A stretch of 64,000 nt of DNA, taken from NCBI GenBank assembly GCA_038063415.1, contig JBBTVD010000006.1:221882-285881 (forward strand), written 5' to 3'. The DNA is from Patescibacteria group bacterium (GTDB lineage: Bacteria > Patescibacteriota > Microgenomatia > Levybacterales > UBA12049). The notes below the pieces were generated by a model. The model was not told the origin of the DNA. It saw only the letters and a program-made list of their open reading frames with translations, and did no database searches. Position 1 is the first letter of the stretch. Each line of letters opens with the position of its first letter. The position numbers and the translations under genes are program-made. Shown here piece after piece: positions 19,828 through 29,625 of the stretch.

Positions 19828-21321
19828 ATGACAAGTTTTTTTAACAAAATCTTTACACGGTATCCGATAAAAACCCGTCGAGCACTTGAGCTACTACCGG
19901 GAGCTCTTGCCTGGACAGTTATTTTGGCACCCGTATGGGGCTCTCTTTTTATCCCAACAGCGCTTGCATACTTCATTCTCTTTTTTGATATTTACTGGCT
20001 ATACAAATCAGTCAAGCTTGTTATAACTAACTACCAGGCATCCCAAAAGATTAAAGAAGCAGAACAGACAGATTGGTATGCCAAGGCCAAGAAATTAGCT
20101 GATGTTGAGAAAGTACATCATGTGCTGGTTATCCTTAACTATAAGGAAAGTGTTGAAAAAATGAGAAAAACAATACAAGTACTTGCTCAGCAAACGTTTC
20201 CCCATAAACAGCTTCATATCGTTCTTGCGATGGAAGAACGAGAAGAAGAAGCAAAAGAACGTGCCAGAATTATTACCCATGAATTTAAAGATGAATTTGG
20301 AAGCATTTTTGCAACCTATCATCCTGATATTGAAGGAGAAGTCAAAGGGAAGTCTTCCAATGAAGCGTACGCCGGGAGAGTTGCGTATAAGAAGCTCTTT
20401 GCAGATGGTCCGTATGACATCAATTTTGCAACGATTTCTTCGATTGATGCTGATTCACTTTTTGATAAAGAATATTTTGCTTATCTTGGTTATGCATTTC
20501 TTAAAGATCCGAAACGACATAATAAATTCTGGCAGTCAGCCAATGTCTACCACAATAATCTCTGGGAAGTGCCTGCTCCGACCCGCATCCTCTCTTTCTT
20601 CGGCAGTTTGTGGAGGACTGCCCTCCTTGTCCAGGGCGATAGACTCATTACGAATGCAACATACTCACTTTCATTCAAACTGCTAAAAGATATTGATTTT
20701 TGGGATGTAGATGTTATTCCTGAAGACTATCGTATTTTCTTTAAAGCGTTCTTTAAGAAAAAAGGTGAGGTATGGGTTGAACCTATTTTTCTGAAGACCT
20801 CAATGGATGCTGCTCAATCAGTGGGATATATCAATAGTCTCAAAAATAAATATACCCAAGAAAGACGCTGGTCGTGGGGTGTATCAGATAATCCCCTTTT
20901 TATTACCTGGTGGTTTACCGTTCCTGGAGTCCCGTTTTTCCGAAAAACAACATTAGTCTACCATGTCCTCCTGGATCACGTTATGTGGCCAACCAATTGG
21001 TTTATTATTACCATTGCAGCCAACATCATGGCGGTCATTAATCCAGTTTATGCCAGGACAGCCTTAGGCTACAGTCTTCCACAGCTCGCAGGTATGATTC
21101 TTAATATCAGTCTGTTTGCACTCCTCGCGATGTTATATCTTGAGTATAAAAATAGACCTGAAAACAAAAAATTACCACTTCGAAGGCGATTACTTTTCCC
21201 TTTTGAATTTTTGCTTATGCCCATTATTGGTTTTTTCTTGTCTGCACTCCCTGCACTTATTTCGCATACACAGCTCATGTTTGGCAAAAGAATGGAGTAC
21301 AAGGTGACAGAAAAGGTGTAA
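19828..21321 (+). CDS. Membrane-bound family 2 glycosyltransferase
   Basis: N- and C-terminal TMs, DAD motif, IPED, QERRW (QxxRW). Confidence 0.88.
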   Translation: MTSFFNKIFTRYPIKTRRALELLPGALAWTVILAPVWGSLFIPTALAYFILFFDIYWLYKSVKLVITNYQASQKIKEAEQTDWYAKAKKLADVEKVHHVLVILNYKESVEKMRKTIQVLAQQTFPHKQLHIVLAMEEREEEAKERARIITHEFKDEFGSIFATYHPDIEGEVKGKSSNEAYAGRVAYKKLFADGPYDINFATISSIDADSLFDKEYFAYLGYAFLKDPKRHNKFWQSANVYHNNLWEVPAPTRILSFFGSLWRTALLVQGDRLITNATYSLSFKLLKDIDFWDVDVIPEDYRIFFKAFFKKKGEVWVEPIFLKTSMDAAQSVGYINSLKNKYTQERRWSWGVSDNPLFITWWFTVPGVPFFRKTTLVYHVLLDHVMWPTNWFIITIAANIMAVINPVYARTALGYSLPQLAGMILNISLFALLAMLYLEYKNRPENKKLPLRRRLLFPFEFLLMPIIGFFLSALPALISHTQLMFGKRMEYKVTEKV

Positions 21322-21346
21322 CTTTCCTTATGGTTGGTCAATCAAC

Positions 21347-22837
21347 ATGAAAAACATTATACGTTTTATCGATCGGATCGAACATAGTAAGATTTTCTGG
21401 ACACTTCTTGGGATAAGTGTCCTCTTTTTCCTCCTCAGGCTTCCTTCGTTAATCGAACCTCATTGGTACGGAGACGAAGGTATTTATCAAGTAATTGGGA
21501 TGAAGTTACATCAAGGGAGTTTACTGTATGCCGATATTTGGGACAATAAACCACCCCTTTTATATCTTGTCTATGCATTCTTCAATGGAGAACAACACCA
21601 GGTTCGCCTCTTTTCACTTTTGATTGGGCTACTCACAACAATTTCTTTTTTCTTTCTTTCCAAAGCTCTTTTTCGTTCTTTTGGTGCAAGTGTACTTAGT
21701 ACAAGCATCTTTTGTCTTCTGTTGGCAACTCCTACCCTCGAAGGGAATATTGCCAATGCTGAAAACTTTATGCTTCTTCCAACGATTCTTTCAGCATTAC
21801 TTATTTACCAAGCAGCATTGACAACAACCAGGCACAGCAAAAAATATGGATTACTGTTTGCAGGAGTATTACTTGGCATTTCATTTCTTTTTAAAGCAGT
21901 GGCAATTTTTGACCTTGCCGCATTTTTACTTTTCTTTACTCTCTCTACAATGTCCAAAAAACACCCTTTTAAAAAAATGCTCCATTCATTGCTGTTCTTA
22001 GTGGGTGGATTTCTCATTCCATTTACGATAACGCTTCTCTTCTTTGCTGGACATAATGCACTGCCAGCATTCTTTGTCTCAGTATTTAGAGATACGGCAA
22101 CGTATGTTACCGGACAAGCAAATGATTTTCTCTTCCCCAATGGACTTCTTATTGCTAAAATGGTACTGCTGCTTGGAGCACTAGCAATTATCCTATGGAA
22201 ACGAAGTTATTTTACACAAAAGACACTTTTTATTAGCGTATGGACTGTGTTTGCCTTGTTTAGTACCTTTTTTTCCCAACTTCCCTATACACATTATCTT
22301 CTGCTTCTATTACCAAGTTTTTGTCTACTTGTAGGCCTCATCTTAACTCTGTCAACAAAAAAATCTATGATTTTTCTTTGGAGTGGCACGCTGTTGTTGG
22401 GAGCTTTTGTAACACAGCAAATTCCGATCTATCAACCGATAAAAACGATTGCCTATTACGACAATGCGATGCAATTTGTCACCGCAGGAAAATCAGTTGG
22501 TGCGTATCAGAGCTTCTTTGACTTACGAACGAAGCGCGATTATGAAATCGCCTCATTTATCAAATATCATATTCCTTCTGATAAATCACTTTTTATCTGG
22601 GGAGATTCTCCGCAAGTTTATGTACTCGCTGATAGATTGCCTGAGCAAAAATATATAGTAGCATATCATATTTTAGGTAAAGAAGACCGCGTACATGAAA
22701 TACAAAAGCAGCTAAAAGAACAATCGCCAGACTATATTGTTATTTTAGAAGAAGCTCCCTTCTTGCCATTTCAGTCATCTTTCTATAAAGTGAAATATTT
22801 ATTACAAGGAGCAACCGTCTATGAAAAAACTTTTTAA
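21347..22837 (+). CDS. GT-C fold (ArnT/PMT-like) polytopic glycosyltransferase
   Basis: WYGDEGIY, WDNKPPLLY, NAENF, about 11 TMs, C-terminal soluble domain. Confidence 0.82.
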   Translation: MKNIIRFIDRIEHSKIFWTLLGISVLFFLLRLPSLIEPHWYGDEGIYQVIGMKLHQGSLLYADIWDNKPPLLYLVYAFFNGEQHQVRLFSLLIGLLTTISFFFLSKALFRSFGASVLSTSIFCLLLATPTLEGNIANAENFMLLPTILSALLIYQAALTTTRHSKKYGLLFAGVLLGISFLFKAVAIFDLAAFLLFFTLSTMSKKHPFKKMLHSLLFLVGGFLIPFTITLLFFAGHNALPAFFVSVFRDTATYVTGQANDFLFPNGLLIAKMVLLLGALAIILWKRSYFTQKTLFISVWTVFALFSTFFSQLPYTHYLLLLLPSFCLLVGLILTLSTKKSMIFLWSGTLLLGAFVTQQIPIYQPIKTIAYYDNAMQFVTAGKSVGAYQSFFDLRTKRDYEIASFIKYHIPSDKSLFIWGDSPQVYVLADRLPEQKYIVAYHILGKEDRVHEIQKQLKEQSPDYIVILEEAPFLPFQSSFYKVKYLLQGATVYEKTF

Positions 22838-23174
22838 ACATGTCTGGGATGACAAGATTATTAAATGGGGAATGGGTAGTGCAGCTATCGTCTTCTTCTT
22901 TTCCCTTATTATTCTTGCTATTTTTTATTGGAATCTTCCACCATACCTTCCTGTCTATAACCAAATGCCGTGGGGAGAAGAACGTCTTGCCACCAAGTAT
23001 GAGATTATTCTTCCACAACTCATTGCGTTTTCCTTCTTTGTTCTAAATTTCTCTTTATCAAGAAAATTGTATGACAAAATGCCGTTAATCTCCCGCATGC
23101 TTAGTATTACTACCTTACTGACAATGCTGCTTTCCTTTGTCTTTTTGGTTCGAACATTATTATTATTGTTGTAA
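22821..23174 (+). CDS. Three-TM membrane protein (DUF1648-like)
   Basis: TM-LPPYLPVYNQMPWGEERLA-TM-TM; overlaps both neighbours. Confidence 0.75.
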   Translation: MKKLFKHVWDDKIIKWGMGSAAIVFFFSLIILAIFYWNLPPYLPVYNQMPWGEERLATKYEIILPQLIAFSFFVLNFSLSRKLYDKMPLISRMLSITTLLTMLLSFVFLVRTLLLLL

Positions 23175-24262
23175 TGAATATACCATTTTATATTATTTTT
23201 TTACCGATTGTGGCTGCTCTTATTATCACCGCAATCGCCACACCTCTTAGTCTTAGGTGGATTAAAAAAGCAGGACTTGTTGATGACCCGCAAAAGCACA
23301 AGCATCCAGCAATCATTCATAAAAGAATTGTCCCAAGAGGGGGTGGATTACCTCTTTTTATCGGCACCTGGTTTACCATTCCATTTTTTCTTCCGATAAC
23401 ACCACAAATTATTGCCATATTTACTGCTTGTACCCTACTCTTGATTGTTGGGCTTATTGACGACAAGCAAAATAGTCGCGCAAAAGATTTCTCACCATAT
23501 AGTCGTTTTATTGTTACCGTTCTTAGCGCTATTATTGTTGTGGCAAGCGGCATTAGCATCCAATTTATTACCAATCCTTTTGGAGAAGGGGTGCTTGCGT
23601 TAAACACTATCCTTATACCCTTCTTTTTCTTTGCACTTCCCCTTTCTGATATTTTTTCTGTTTTGTGGCTTATCTGGATTATGAACATGATCAACTGGAG
23701 TAAAGGAGTAGACGGACAGATGCCTGGAATCGTTGCAATATCTGCCATTGTCATCGGGTTATTAAGCCTTCGAATCAATGGTGGAATACCACTAGCCCTT
23801 GATGCAACAATTTCCTTTATTATTGCGGGAAGTGCTATTGGGTTTTTATTTTATAACTTTTATCCCGCAAAGATATTTCCCGGTTGGAGTGCAACTTCGC
23901 TCTATCTTCTTTTAGGAGTTGTCTCTATTTTATCAAGCGCAAAATTAGCAACCGCTATTCTGGTCATGGGAGTACCAGCAGTCGATGCTCTTTTTACTAT
24001 TATAAGACGGCTACTCAATAAACGTTCTCCATTCCAAGGAGACAGAAAGCATTTACATCATCTCTTACTCTCACTAGGCTATGGACAGAGAAAAATTGCA
24101 TTGTTTTATTGGCTACTCTCTGCTATATTAGGGATACTTGCCCTCCAGCTTGAGAATAAAAGCAAATTTTTTGCTATTATTATGGTAGTAGTAGTTACGG
24201 TTGGCGCATTGCTTTTCTTGCATGCGGTAACAAAACATAAGGATGAAAAAAAAGCTTCTTAA
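23174..24262 (+). CDS. MraY/WecA/TagO-family polyprenyl-phosphate sugar-1-phosphate transferase (divergent motifs)
   Basis: VPRGGG, GLIDD, NMINWSKGVDG, YNFYPAKIF, DRKHLHHLL. Confidence 0.88.
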   Translation: MNIPFYIIFLPIVAALIITAIATPLSLRWIKKAGLVDDPQKHKHPAIIHKRIVPRGGGLPLFIGTWFTIPFFLPITPQIIAIFTACTLLLIVGLIDDKQNSRAKDFSPYSRFIVTVLSAIIVVASGISIQFITNPFGEGVLALNTILIPFFFFALPLSDIFSVLWLIWIMNMINWSKGVDGQMPGIVAISAIVIGLLSLRINGGIPLALDATISFIIAGSAIGFLFYNFYPAKIFPGWSATSLYLLLGVVSILSSAKLATAILVMGVPAVDALFTIIRRLLNKRSPFQGDRKHLHHLLLSLGYGQRKIALFYWLLSAILGILALQLENKSKFFAIIMVVVVTVGALLFLHAVTKHKDEKKAS

Positions 24263-25184
24263 TATTCTTCGGCTGCTTCGGCCGCGGCAATGGAGTAAAA
24301 ATATTGCCGTTTTCGCCGCCATTACCTTTAGTGGAAGACTCTTTGAACTCGATCTTTTTCTCACTGTTTGTTATGCCATGCTTATTTTTTGTGCAATTTC
24401 AAGCGCAATTTATGTCATTAATGATTTATTTGATATTAAAAAAGACAAGCTCCATCCTTTTAAACGATTTAGACCTCTTGCCCATGGTGATGTCTCCAAA
24501 TCTGAGGCAATAGTCATAGCGACGATACTTATTGTTGTTGGATTAACAGCAAGTTATTTCATCAACCTCTCATTTTTCTTTATTGCACTTATTTACTTGT
24601 TTCTTCAATTGTCTTATACGTTATCGTTCAAACACATTACGGTTCTTGACGTCCTTGCGCTTGCCGGTGGATATATTCTTCGTGTCTATGCAGGAGAAGT
24701 TGTCAGCGAATTTCATATTTCTGTTTGGCTTCTCTTGACTACTATTTCTCTTTCTCTTTTTTTGGTAGTTGCAAAAAGAAGATCAGAGCTAACCCTTATC
24801 TCTCAATACACGAGTGCACAAATTGCCGCAACACGAAAAACCTTGTCACACTATTCAGAAAGATTACTTGATGTGTATGCGGCGATGTTTGCAACATCAA
24901 CATTTCTTTCCTACGCGCTTTTTACGTTTCTTGTCGATCCAAAGAATACCAATCCTGGCAGCGGAGAATTGATAAACACTCTCTTTCAAATTAATCTCGA
25001 TAAGAAATGGCTTATGTTGACCATTGTTCCGGTTGTCTATGGACTGATGCGATATTTACAAGATGTCTATGAAAAACATGAGGGAGAGAGTCCTGAACGA
25101 GTTGTTCTTTCAGATAAACCTCTCCTTGCAGCAGTTATCCTGTGGGGAGTACTGGTTGTGACAATTATTTACTTTGTTAACTAG
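24243..25184 (+). CDS. UbiA-family decaprenyl-phosphate phosphoribosyltransferase-like protein
   Basis: RPRQWSKN, YVINDLFD...D..HPFKRFRPLA.G, KRRSEL, YGLMRY, GESPE. Confidence 0.85.
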   Translation: MKKKLLNILRLLRPRQWSKNIAVFAAITFSGRLFELDLFLTVCYAMLIFCAISSAIYVINDLFDIKKDKLHPFKRFRPLAHGDVSKSEAIVIATILIVVGLTASYFINLSFFFIALIYLFLQLSYTLSFKHITVLDVLALAGGYILRVYAGEVVSEFHISVWLLLTTISLSLFLVVAKRRSELTLISQYTSAQIAATRKTLSHYSERLLDVYAAMFATSTFLSYALFTFLVDPKNTNPGSGELINTLFQINLDKKWLMLTIVPVVYGLMRYLQDVYEKHEGESPERVVLSDKPLLAAVILWGVLVVTIIYFVN

Positions 25185-25197
25185 TTCTCAATTAAGA

Positions 25198-26055
25198 TTA
25201 TTCCTCTGCTTTCTTTGCGTATTGACTACTAATCCAGCCTTCTACACCATCTGGCAAGGTGATCTTGAACCAACCAGCTTTTTCTTCAACCAGATCATAT
25301 GATTCACCAGGAGTAACTTGACCAATTTCTGAAGCTCCAACAGAGCTTTCTGCTCGAACTCGGAGAAACCCAGTAGGAGTATCGAGAATAAGTATCTTTG
25401 TCACGGCAACTGCCGGCGATGGACTAAGCGTAGCCGAAGGAGAAGCAGATCTTGATGCCTCTTGCGGTGCTTCAAGACTCGTACTCAGATATGCTGCAAC
25501 GGTTAGCTTATACCCCAATGGCGTTCTGATACGAATGGTCTTTTCTTTATATCCATCTTTTTTTACCTTCAAGACATGATCTGATTCTGTTGGATCCTTG
25601 TGGAGGACTGGTGTGTCACCAATGGAACTATTATCAAGAAGCACCATCGACCCTCGAGGGAAAGAGACGACAAGGAGTTCCGCCTTTGTTTTATCAGAAA
25701 GAGCAGTTAGAGAAATCACACTTCCTTCAGAAAGAGAGTCTTCGCCAAACTTCCGATCGACAACGGTTAATACTCCAGAGGCAATAGTTATCTTCTCTTG
25801 GAACTCTTGCATTTTTTTATCAAGTGGTTCAAGGCGAATCGTATAATCTCCCGCTTGGAGCATATCGGTTGCATCACATTCACAGAGAGGGGTTTGTCCA
25901 ATATAAGTATCGTCTAAATACACTTTACTCTCAGGACTAGAGGTTACTTGTAATGCTCCTTTTTGCCCCTGTCCTTTATACACATACTGTAAAACAAAGA
26001 AAATAAGTGACGCAAGGATAAGTGAAGGGATAATAATAAAGAACAATTTTCTCAT
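25198..26055 (-). CDS. Membrane-anchored PEGA-domain protein with C-terminal SH3b domain
   Basis: GALQVTSSP..KVYLD...IGQTP; second PEGA with IGDTP...KKDGY; S/P linker; GFLRVR...GWFKI...EGWISSQY. Confidence 0.85.
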   Translation of the reverse strand: MRKLFFIIIPSLILASLIFFVLQYVYKGQGQKGALQVTSSPESKVYLDDTYIGQTPLCECDATDMLQAGDYTIRLEPLDKKMQEFQEKITIASGVLTVVDRKFGEDSLSEGSVISLTALSDKTKAELLVVSFPRGSMVLLDNSSIGDTPVLHKDPTESDHVLKVKKDGYKEKTIRIRTPLGYKLTVAAYLSTSLEAPQEASRSASPSATLSPSPAVAVTKILILDTPTGFLRVRAESSVGASEIGQVTPGESYDLVEEKAGWFKITLPDGVEGWISSQYAKKAEE

Positions 26056-26115
26056 AACGTATTGATTTGCAGGATATACTAACTATAGCATAGAAAGAGG
26101 GGCTCGTTAAGGGAA

Positions 26116-28407
26116 TTATCTAGTTACTAAGCCAAATTCGAGAACTTCTCCACCACAATAGGTGGTAATAAGATCACAAGATTCTTGCAAAGATTTACGT
26201 ACCTGCTCTGGCGTTATCTCATCAATGCCATCTACATTAAGATAGATATTTTTTGTTTGCTCTGTTACCGCTGTTCTCTGGGAATCTCGGAAATTGAAAT
26301 CAATATTGTATCCTCCTTGCTGATCAAAATAGGAAAGTTCTGTTTCCTTGTACTTTGTAGATTCAGTATCGCCAAGTAATAAAATCTCCTCCCCAGCTTT
26401 TGCAAAGCGAAGTTCAGTCGGGAACTGCAGAGTATCTAGATCAAATGCGCCAATCGAGATACGATGCCTCATTACAACTAGATTATATGCATCTACACAA
26501 GTATTGATTGTATATAAATCTTTTCCTTGAGCAACCCGTCGAAGTAACGCTTCAGGGCTGGGTCTGCGTGAATGCCAATCAATCCCCATTGCTTTATAGA
26601 GTTTTCGATAACTTAAGACTTCAAGATATTCTCCAATTTTTTCTGTCGTTAGTCCTTTTAAAGAATCCAACAATTTTTCCTTCTCTTTTTCAAGTTCTGG
26701 GTTTGTTTTACTAATAGTAACTCCCTTAATGACGGCAATACCAATGGAGATTGAAGGATGTTTTTCTTTGACGTTTTTATCTATTGAAAAAATGTTTGAG
26801 GAAATACCAGTCATTCTGGCAAGCGGAGCGCGTCCAGAATCTTTATTTTCGATTCTGGAGTCCTCGCTTTCGCTCGTCCCCAGAATGACGTCATTAAACC
26901 TCTTTTGTACAAAATCTTTCTCAAGAGAGAGGATAAACCAAGCAGCTTTTGGTCCATGGTCTTTGCCAATGAGGGACTGGTAGATTGCTGAAAAAGTTTG
27001 TTTACCATTGAGTCCCAAGGGCTTCCCTAATTCATAAATCTGTGTCTGTAAATCATCAGCATTCCACTCTTTATCTAACTCTGCAACTATTTTTTGTAAA
27101 AGTTCTTTTTGTTCAGCAGAGAGATGTTTTGCTCCCTCTGGCGTATCTTTCTGAACCAAGAATTTTGCAGAATCTGGCGCATACTTTTCTATCCACACTC
27201 TCGCATATTTCGCCCATTCCTCAAGTCCTTCCTCTTTAATTTTGTCTTGCATGTTCGGCATCTGCACCCACTGTGCAAGTACAGAGAAACGAATACTTGG
27301 CGGTTTGACTATATCACCAATTTGTGAGAGTTCAAAAGTACGAGCAAGATCTTCATCCGTTTTATCAAAATATGCTGCTGCTGCTTTTTGATACGCATCA
27401 AATAAATTTGGAATAGTATCTTTCTCCGTTGGATCAAAGTTTGTTTGCTGTTTTATATCCATTTTTACAATCAAAAAACGAACTAACTCTGCCGGTAAAA
27501 TAGAAAGCATATCTCCAGCTGAAAAACCTCTTCCTTTTGAAGAAGACATTTTTTTCCCACCAATCAACATAAATTCATAACTAACAGGATATGGCACAGG
27601 ATAATCAAGCACTTTCTTAGCAATAAGCGAGGTGAGGTCATGCGACCCACCCTTACTCATATGATCCTTTCCAGCACCCTCTACGGTCACACCAATCGCT
27701 TGCCATTTGCAAGCCCATTCTATTTTCCACGGCATTTTTCCTTTAATACCGTTTTCATCACTAAATGGAGAAGTTTTTCCTTCATGTCCACACCCTTTTG
27801 TCCATTCAGTGGCATCAACTGGGCAACGGTAGTGAACAAATTCTCCATCCCAGTCATAGACGCGAGTTGTTGAAACCTTGCCACAGGATTCACAGTAAAC
27901 CTGGAAAGGATACCAGTCAGCAGGCATTTCTTTTTTATACATTTGTTGATAAATACTTCGTATTTCGGAAGCGTTATCCAATGCTTTTTTAACCCCAGTA
28001 TTCATTTTGCCACTCGTATATAAGTCTTTCGTCCAGATGATTTCAGGATATGATCCGATTTGGTTAAAAGCTTTTTTGAATTCTAATGCATAATACTCAG
28101 CATAATCTTTGTAACCCTCAAGAGGTGAAGGAACTCTAAAAAGTGGCATACCAAGATACTTCTCAAATTTCTCTCGAGGGAGATAAGAAGGTATATCATC
28201 CATTGGGTCATGGTTTTCAAATACATAGGTATACTTTGCCGCTACACCTTGATCTTTTAATGCTCGGTAAACCAAATCATGGAAAACCACCCCAAAAAGT
28301 GAACCTACATGAATACGACCCGATGGTGTCTTCATATCGTCAACCCAATAAGGTGTATATTTACCTGAATCAATAATTTCTTTTGCTACTTTATCTGCCC
28401 AGAACAT
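26116..28407 (-). CDS. lysS: Class I lysine--tRNA ligase fused to a C-terminal B3/4 tRNA-editing-type domain
   Basis: MFWAD, TPSGRIHVGS, CxxCGK, GKMPWKIEW, GKDH, KMSSSKG, HGPKA; then B3/4 motifs RPSPEALLRR, INTCVDAYN, IGAFDLD. Confidence 0.93.
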   Translation of the reverse strand: MFWADKVAKEIIDSGKYTPYWVDDMKTPSGRIHVGSLFGVVFHDLVYRALKDQGVAAKYTYVFENHDPMDDIPSYLPREKFEKYLGMPLFRVPSPLEGYKDYAEYYALEFKKAFNQIGSYPEIIWTKDLYTSGKMNTGVKKALDNASEIRSIYQQMYKKEMPADWYPFQVYCESCGKVSTTRVYDWDGEFVHYRCPVDATEWTKGCGHEGKTSPFSDENGIKGKMPWKIEWACKWQAIGVTVEGAGKDHMSKGGSHDLTSLIAKKVLDYPVPYPVSYEFMLIGGKKMSSSKGRGFSAGDMLSILPAELVRFLIVKMDIKQQTNFDPTEKDTIPNLFDAYQKAAAAYFDKTDEDLARTFELSQIGDIVKPPSIRFSVLAQWVQMPNMQDKIKEEGLEEWAKYARVWIEKYAPDSAKFLVQKDTPEGAKHLSAEQKELLQKIVAELDKEWNADDLQTQIYELGKPLGLNGKQTFSAIYQSLIGKDHGPKAAWFILSLEKDFVQKRFNDVILGTSESEDSRIENKDSGRAPLARMTGISSNIFSIDKNVKEKHPSISIGIAVIKGVTISKTNPELEKEKEKLLDSLKGLTTEKIGEYLEVLSYRKLYKAMGIDWHSRRPSPEALLRRVAQGKDLYTINTCVDAYNLVVMRHRISIGAFDLDTLQFPTELRFAKAGEEILLLGDTESTKYKETELSYFDQQGGYNIDFNFRDSQRTAVTEQTKNIYLNVDGIDEITPEQVRKSLQESCDLITTYCGGEVLEFGLVTR
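26810..26889. repeat. GTCAT REP-like element (copy 2), in frame in the lysS interdomain linker
   Basis: GTCATTCTGG-N14-CCAGAATC...GATTCTGG...CCAGAATGAC, translated as VILGTSESEDSRIENKDSGRAPLARMT. Confidence 0.9.
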
Positions 28408-28420
28408 AGTTAGTATTGTA

Positions 28421-29512
28421 TCATGCGATATAGCCTTTTTTCACCAGTAACTCTGCTGCCAGTATCGCTCCTCCAGCAGCGCCACGAATGGTATTGTGAG
28501 AAAGCGCAATAAACGAATAATCAAAATGTGTGTCCTCTCGAAGTCTCCCCATGGTAATCCCCATCCCATTTCCATAATCACGATCAAGCTTCGTTTGTGG
28601 TCTATTCTCTTCTGCAAAATACTTAATAAGTTTTGTGGGGGAAGAAGGCAAGTCAAGAGAAACGAGTGCATGGTTTTTATTAAAATTTTCTATCGCTTGC
28701 AGTAATTGCTCTTTGGTTGGTCTTTTGGCAAAAGAGACAGAGACACTTGCCATATGCCCATCTGCAACTGGTACTCGAATACAAGTTGCTGAAATCGATG
28801 GTTGGATTGCAGAAACTAATACATCTTCTTTAATTGTTCCCCAAATCTTCATGGGCTCTTTTTCTGACTTTTCTTCTTCTCCTCCGATAAGTGGGATCAC
28901 GTTATCAATCATTTCTGGCCAAGTTTCAAAATTCTTTCCCGCACCTGAAATTGCTTGGAGACTGGTCACCTGAACTTGTTTTGGTTGAAACTCTCGTAAT
29001 GCTGTCAAAATAATACTGTACGATTGGATCGAGCAGTTAGGTTTGACTGCAATAAAACCCTTTTTCCATCCTCTCTTTTTTTGCTGTACGGGGATAAGGT
29101 CTGCATGATGAGCATTTACTTCGGGTATAAACATTGGGATATCCTCAGTCCAACGATGTGCTGAGTTATTGGAGACAACTGGGACACCACGTGCCGCATA
29201 GGATTCTTCAATCTTTTGAATAGTCTCTTTATCAAGATCAAGCGCACAAAAAACAAAATCAACTGATTCTGTAATTTTCTCTTTATCATCAACTACCGAT
29301 TGTACAATAAGGTTACCTAAGCTGGTCGGAATTTTTTCTTGCATTTTCCAAGTCCCACTCACTGCTTCTCCATACTCTTTTCCAGCAGATCGAGGAGAAG
29401 CAGCAACAACAACCACTTTAAACCATGGATGATTCTCAAGAAGGGCAATGAATCGCTGTCCGACCATCCCAGTTGCGCCTAAGATACCTACTTTATATTT
29501 TTTTCTTTTCAT
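28421..29512 (-). CDS. asd: Aspartate-semialdehyde dehydrogenase
   Basis: VGILGATGMVGQRF, PEVN, KPNCS, QAISGAG, CIRVPV.DGH, SHNTIRGAAG. Confidence 0.96.
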   Translation of the reverse strand: MKRKKYKVGILGATGMVGQRFIALLENHPWFKVVVVAASPRSAGKEYGEAVSGTWKMQEKIPTSLGNLIVQSVVDDKEKITESVDFVFCALDLDKETIQKIEESYAARGVPVVSNNSAHRWTEDIPMFIPEVNAHHADLIPVQQKKRGWKKGFIAVKPNCSIQSYSIILTALREFQPKQVQVTSLQAISGAGKNFETWPEMIDNVIPLIGGEEEKSEKEPMKIWGTIKEDVLVSAIQPSISATCIRVPVADGHMASVSVSFAKRPTKEQLLQAIENFNKNHALVSLDLPSSPTKLIKYFAEENRPQTKLDRDYGNGMGITMGRLREDTHFDYSFIALSHNTIRGAAGGAILAAELLVKKGYIA

Positions 29513-29532
29513 AGTTTTTATTGTCATCTTTC

Positions 29533-29601
29533 GTCATTCTGGCCGAGTCCAGAATCCGTTTCTATTAAGATCCTGGATGCGCTGCGGCTCACCAGGATGA
29601 C
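29533..29601. repeat. GTCAT REP-like element (copy 3, between dapA and asd)
   Basis: CGTCATTCTGG-CCGAGT-CCAGAATC...GATCCTGG-N14-CCAGGATGACG. Confidence 0.9.
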
Positions 29602-29625
29602 GGTTAGGTAAGGCAATTTATACTT

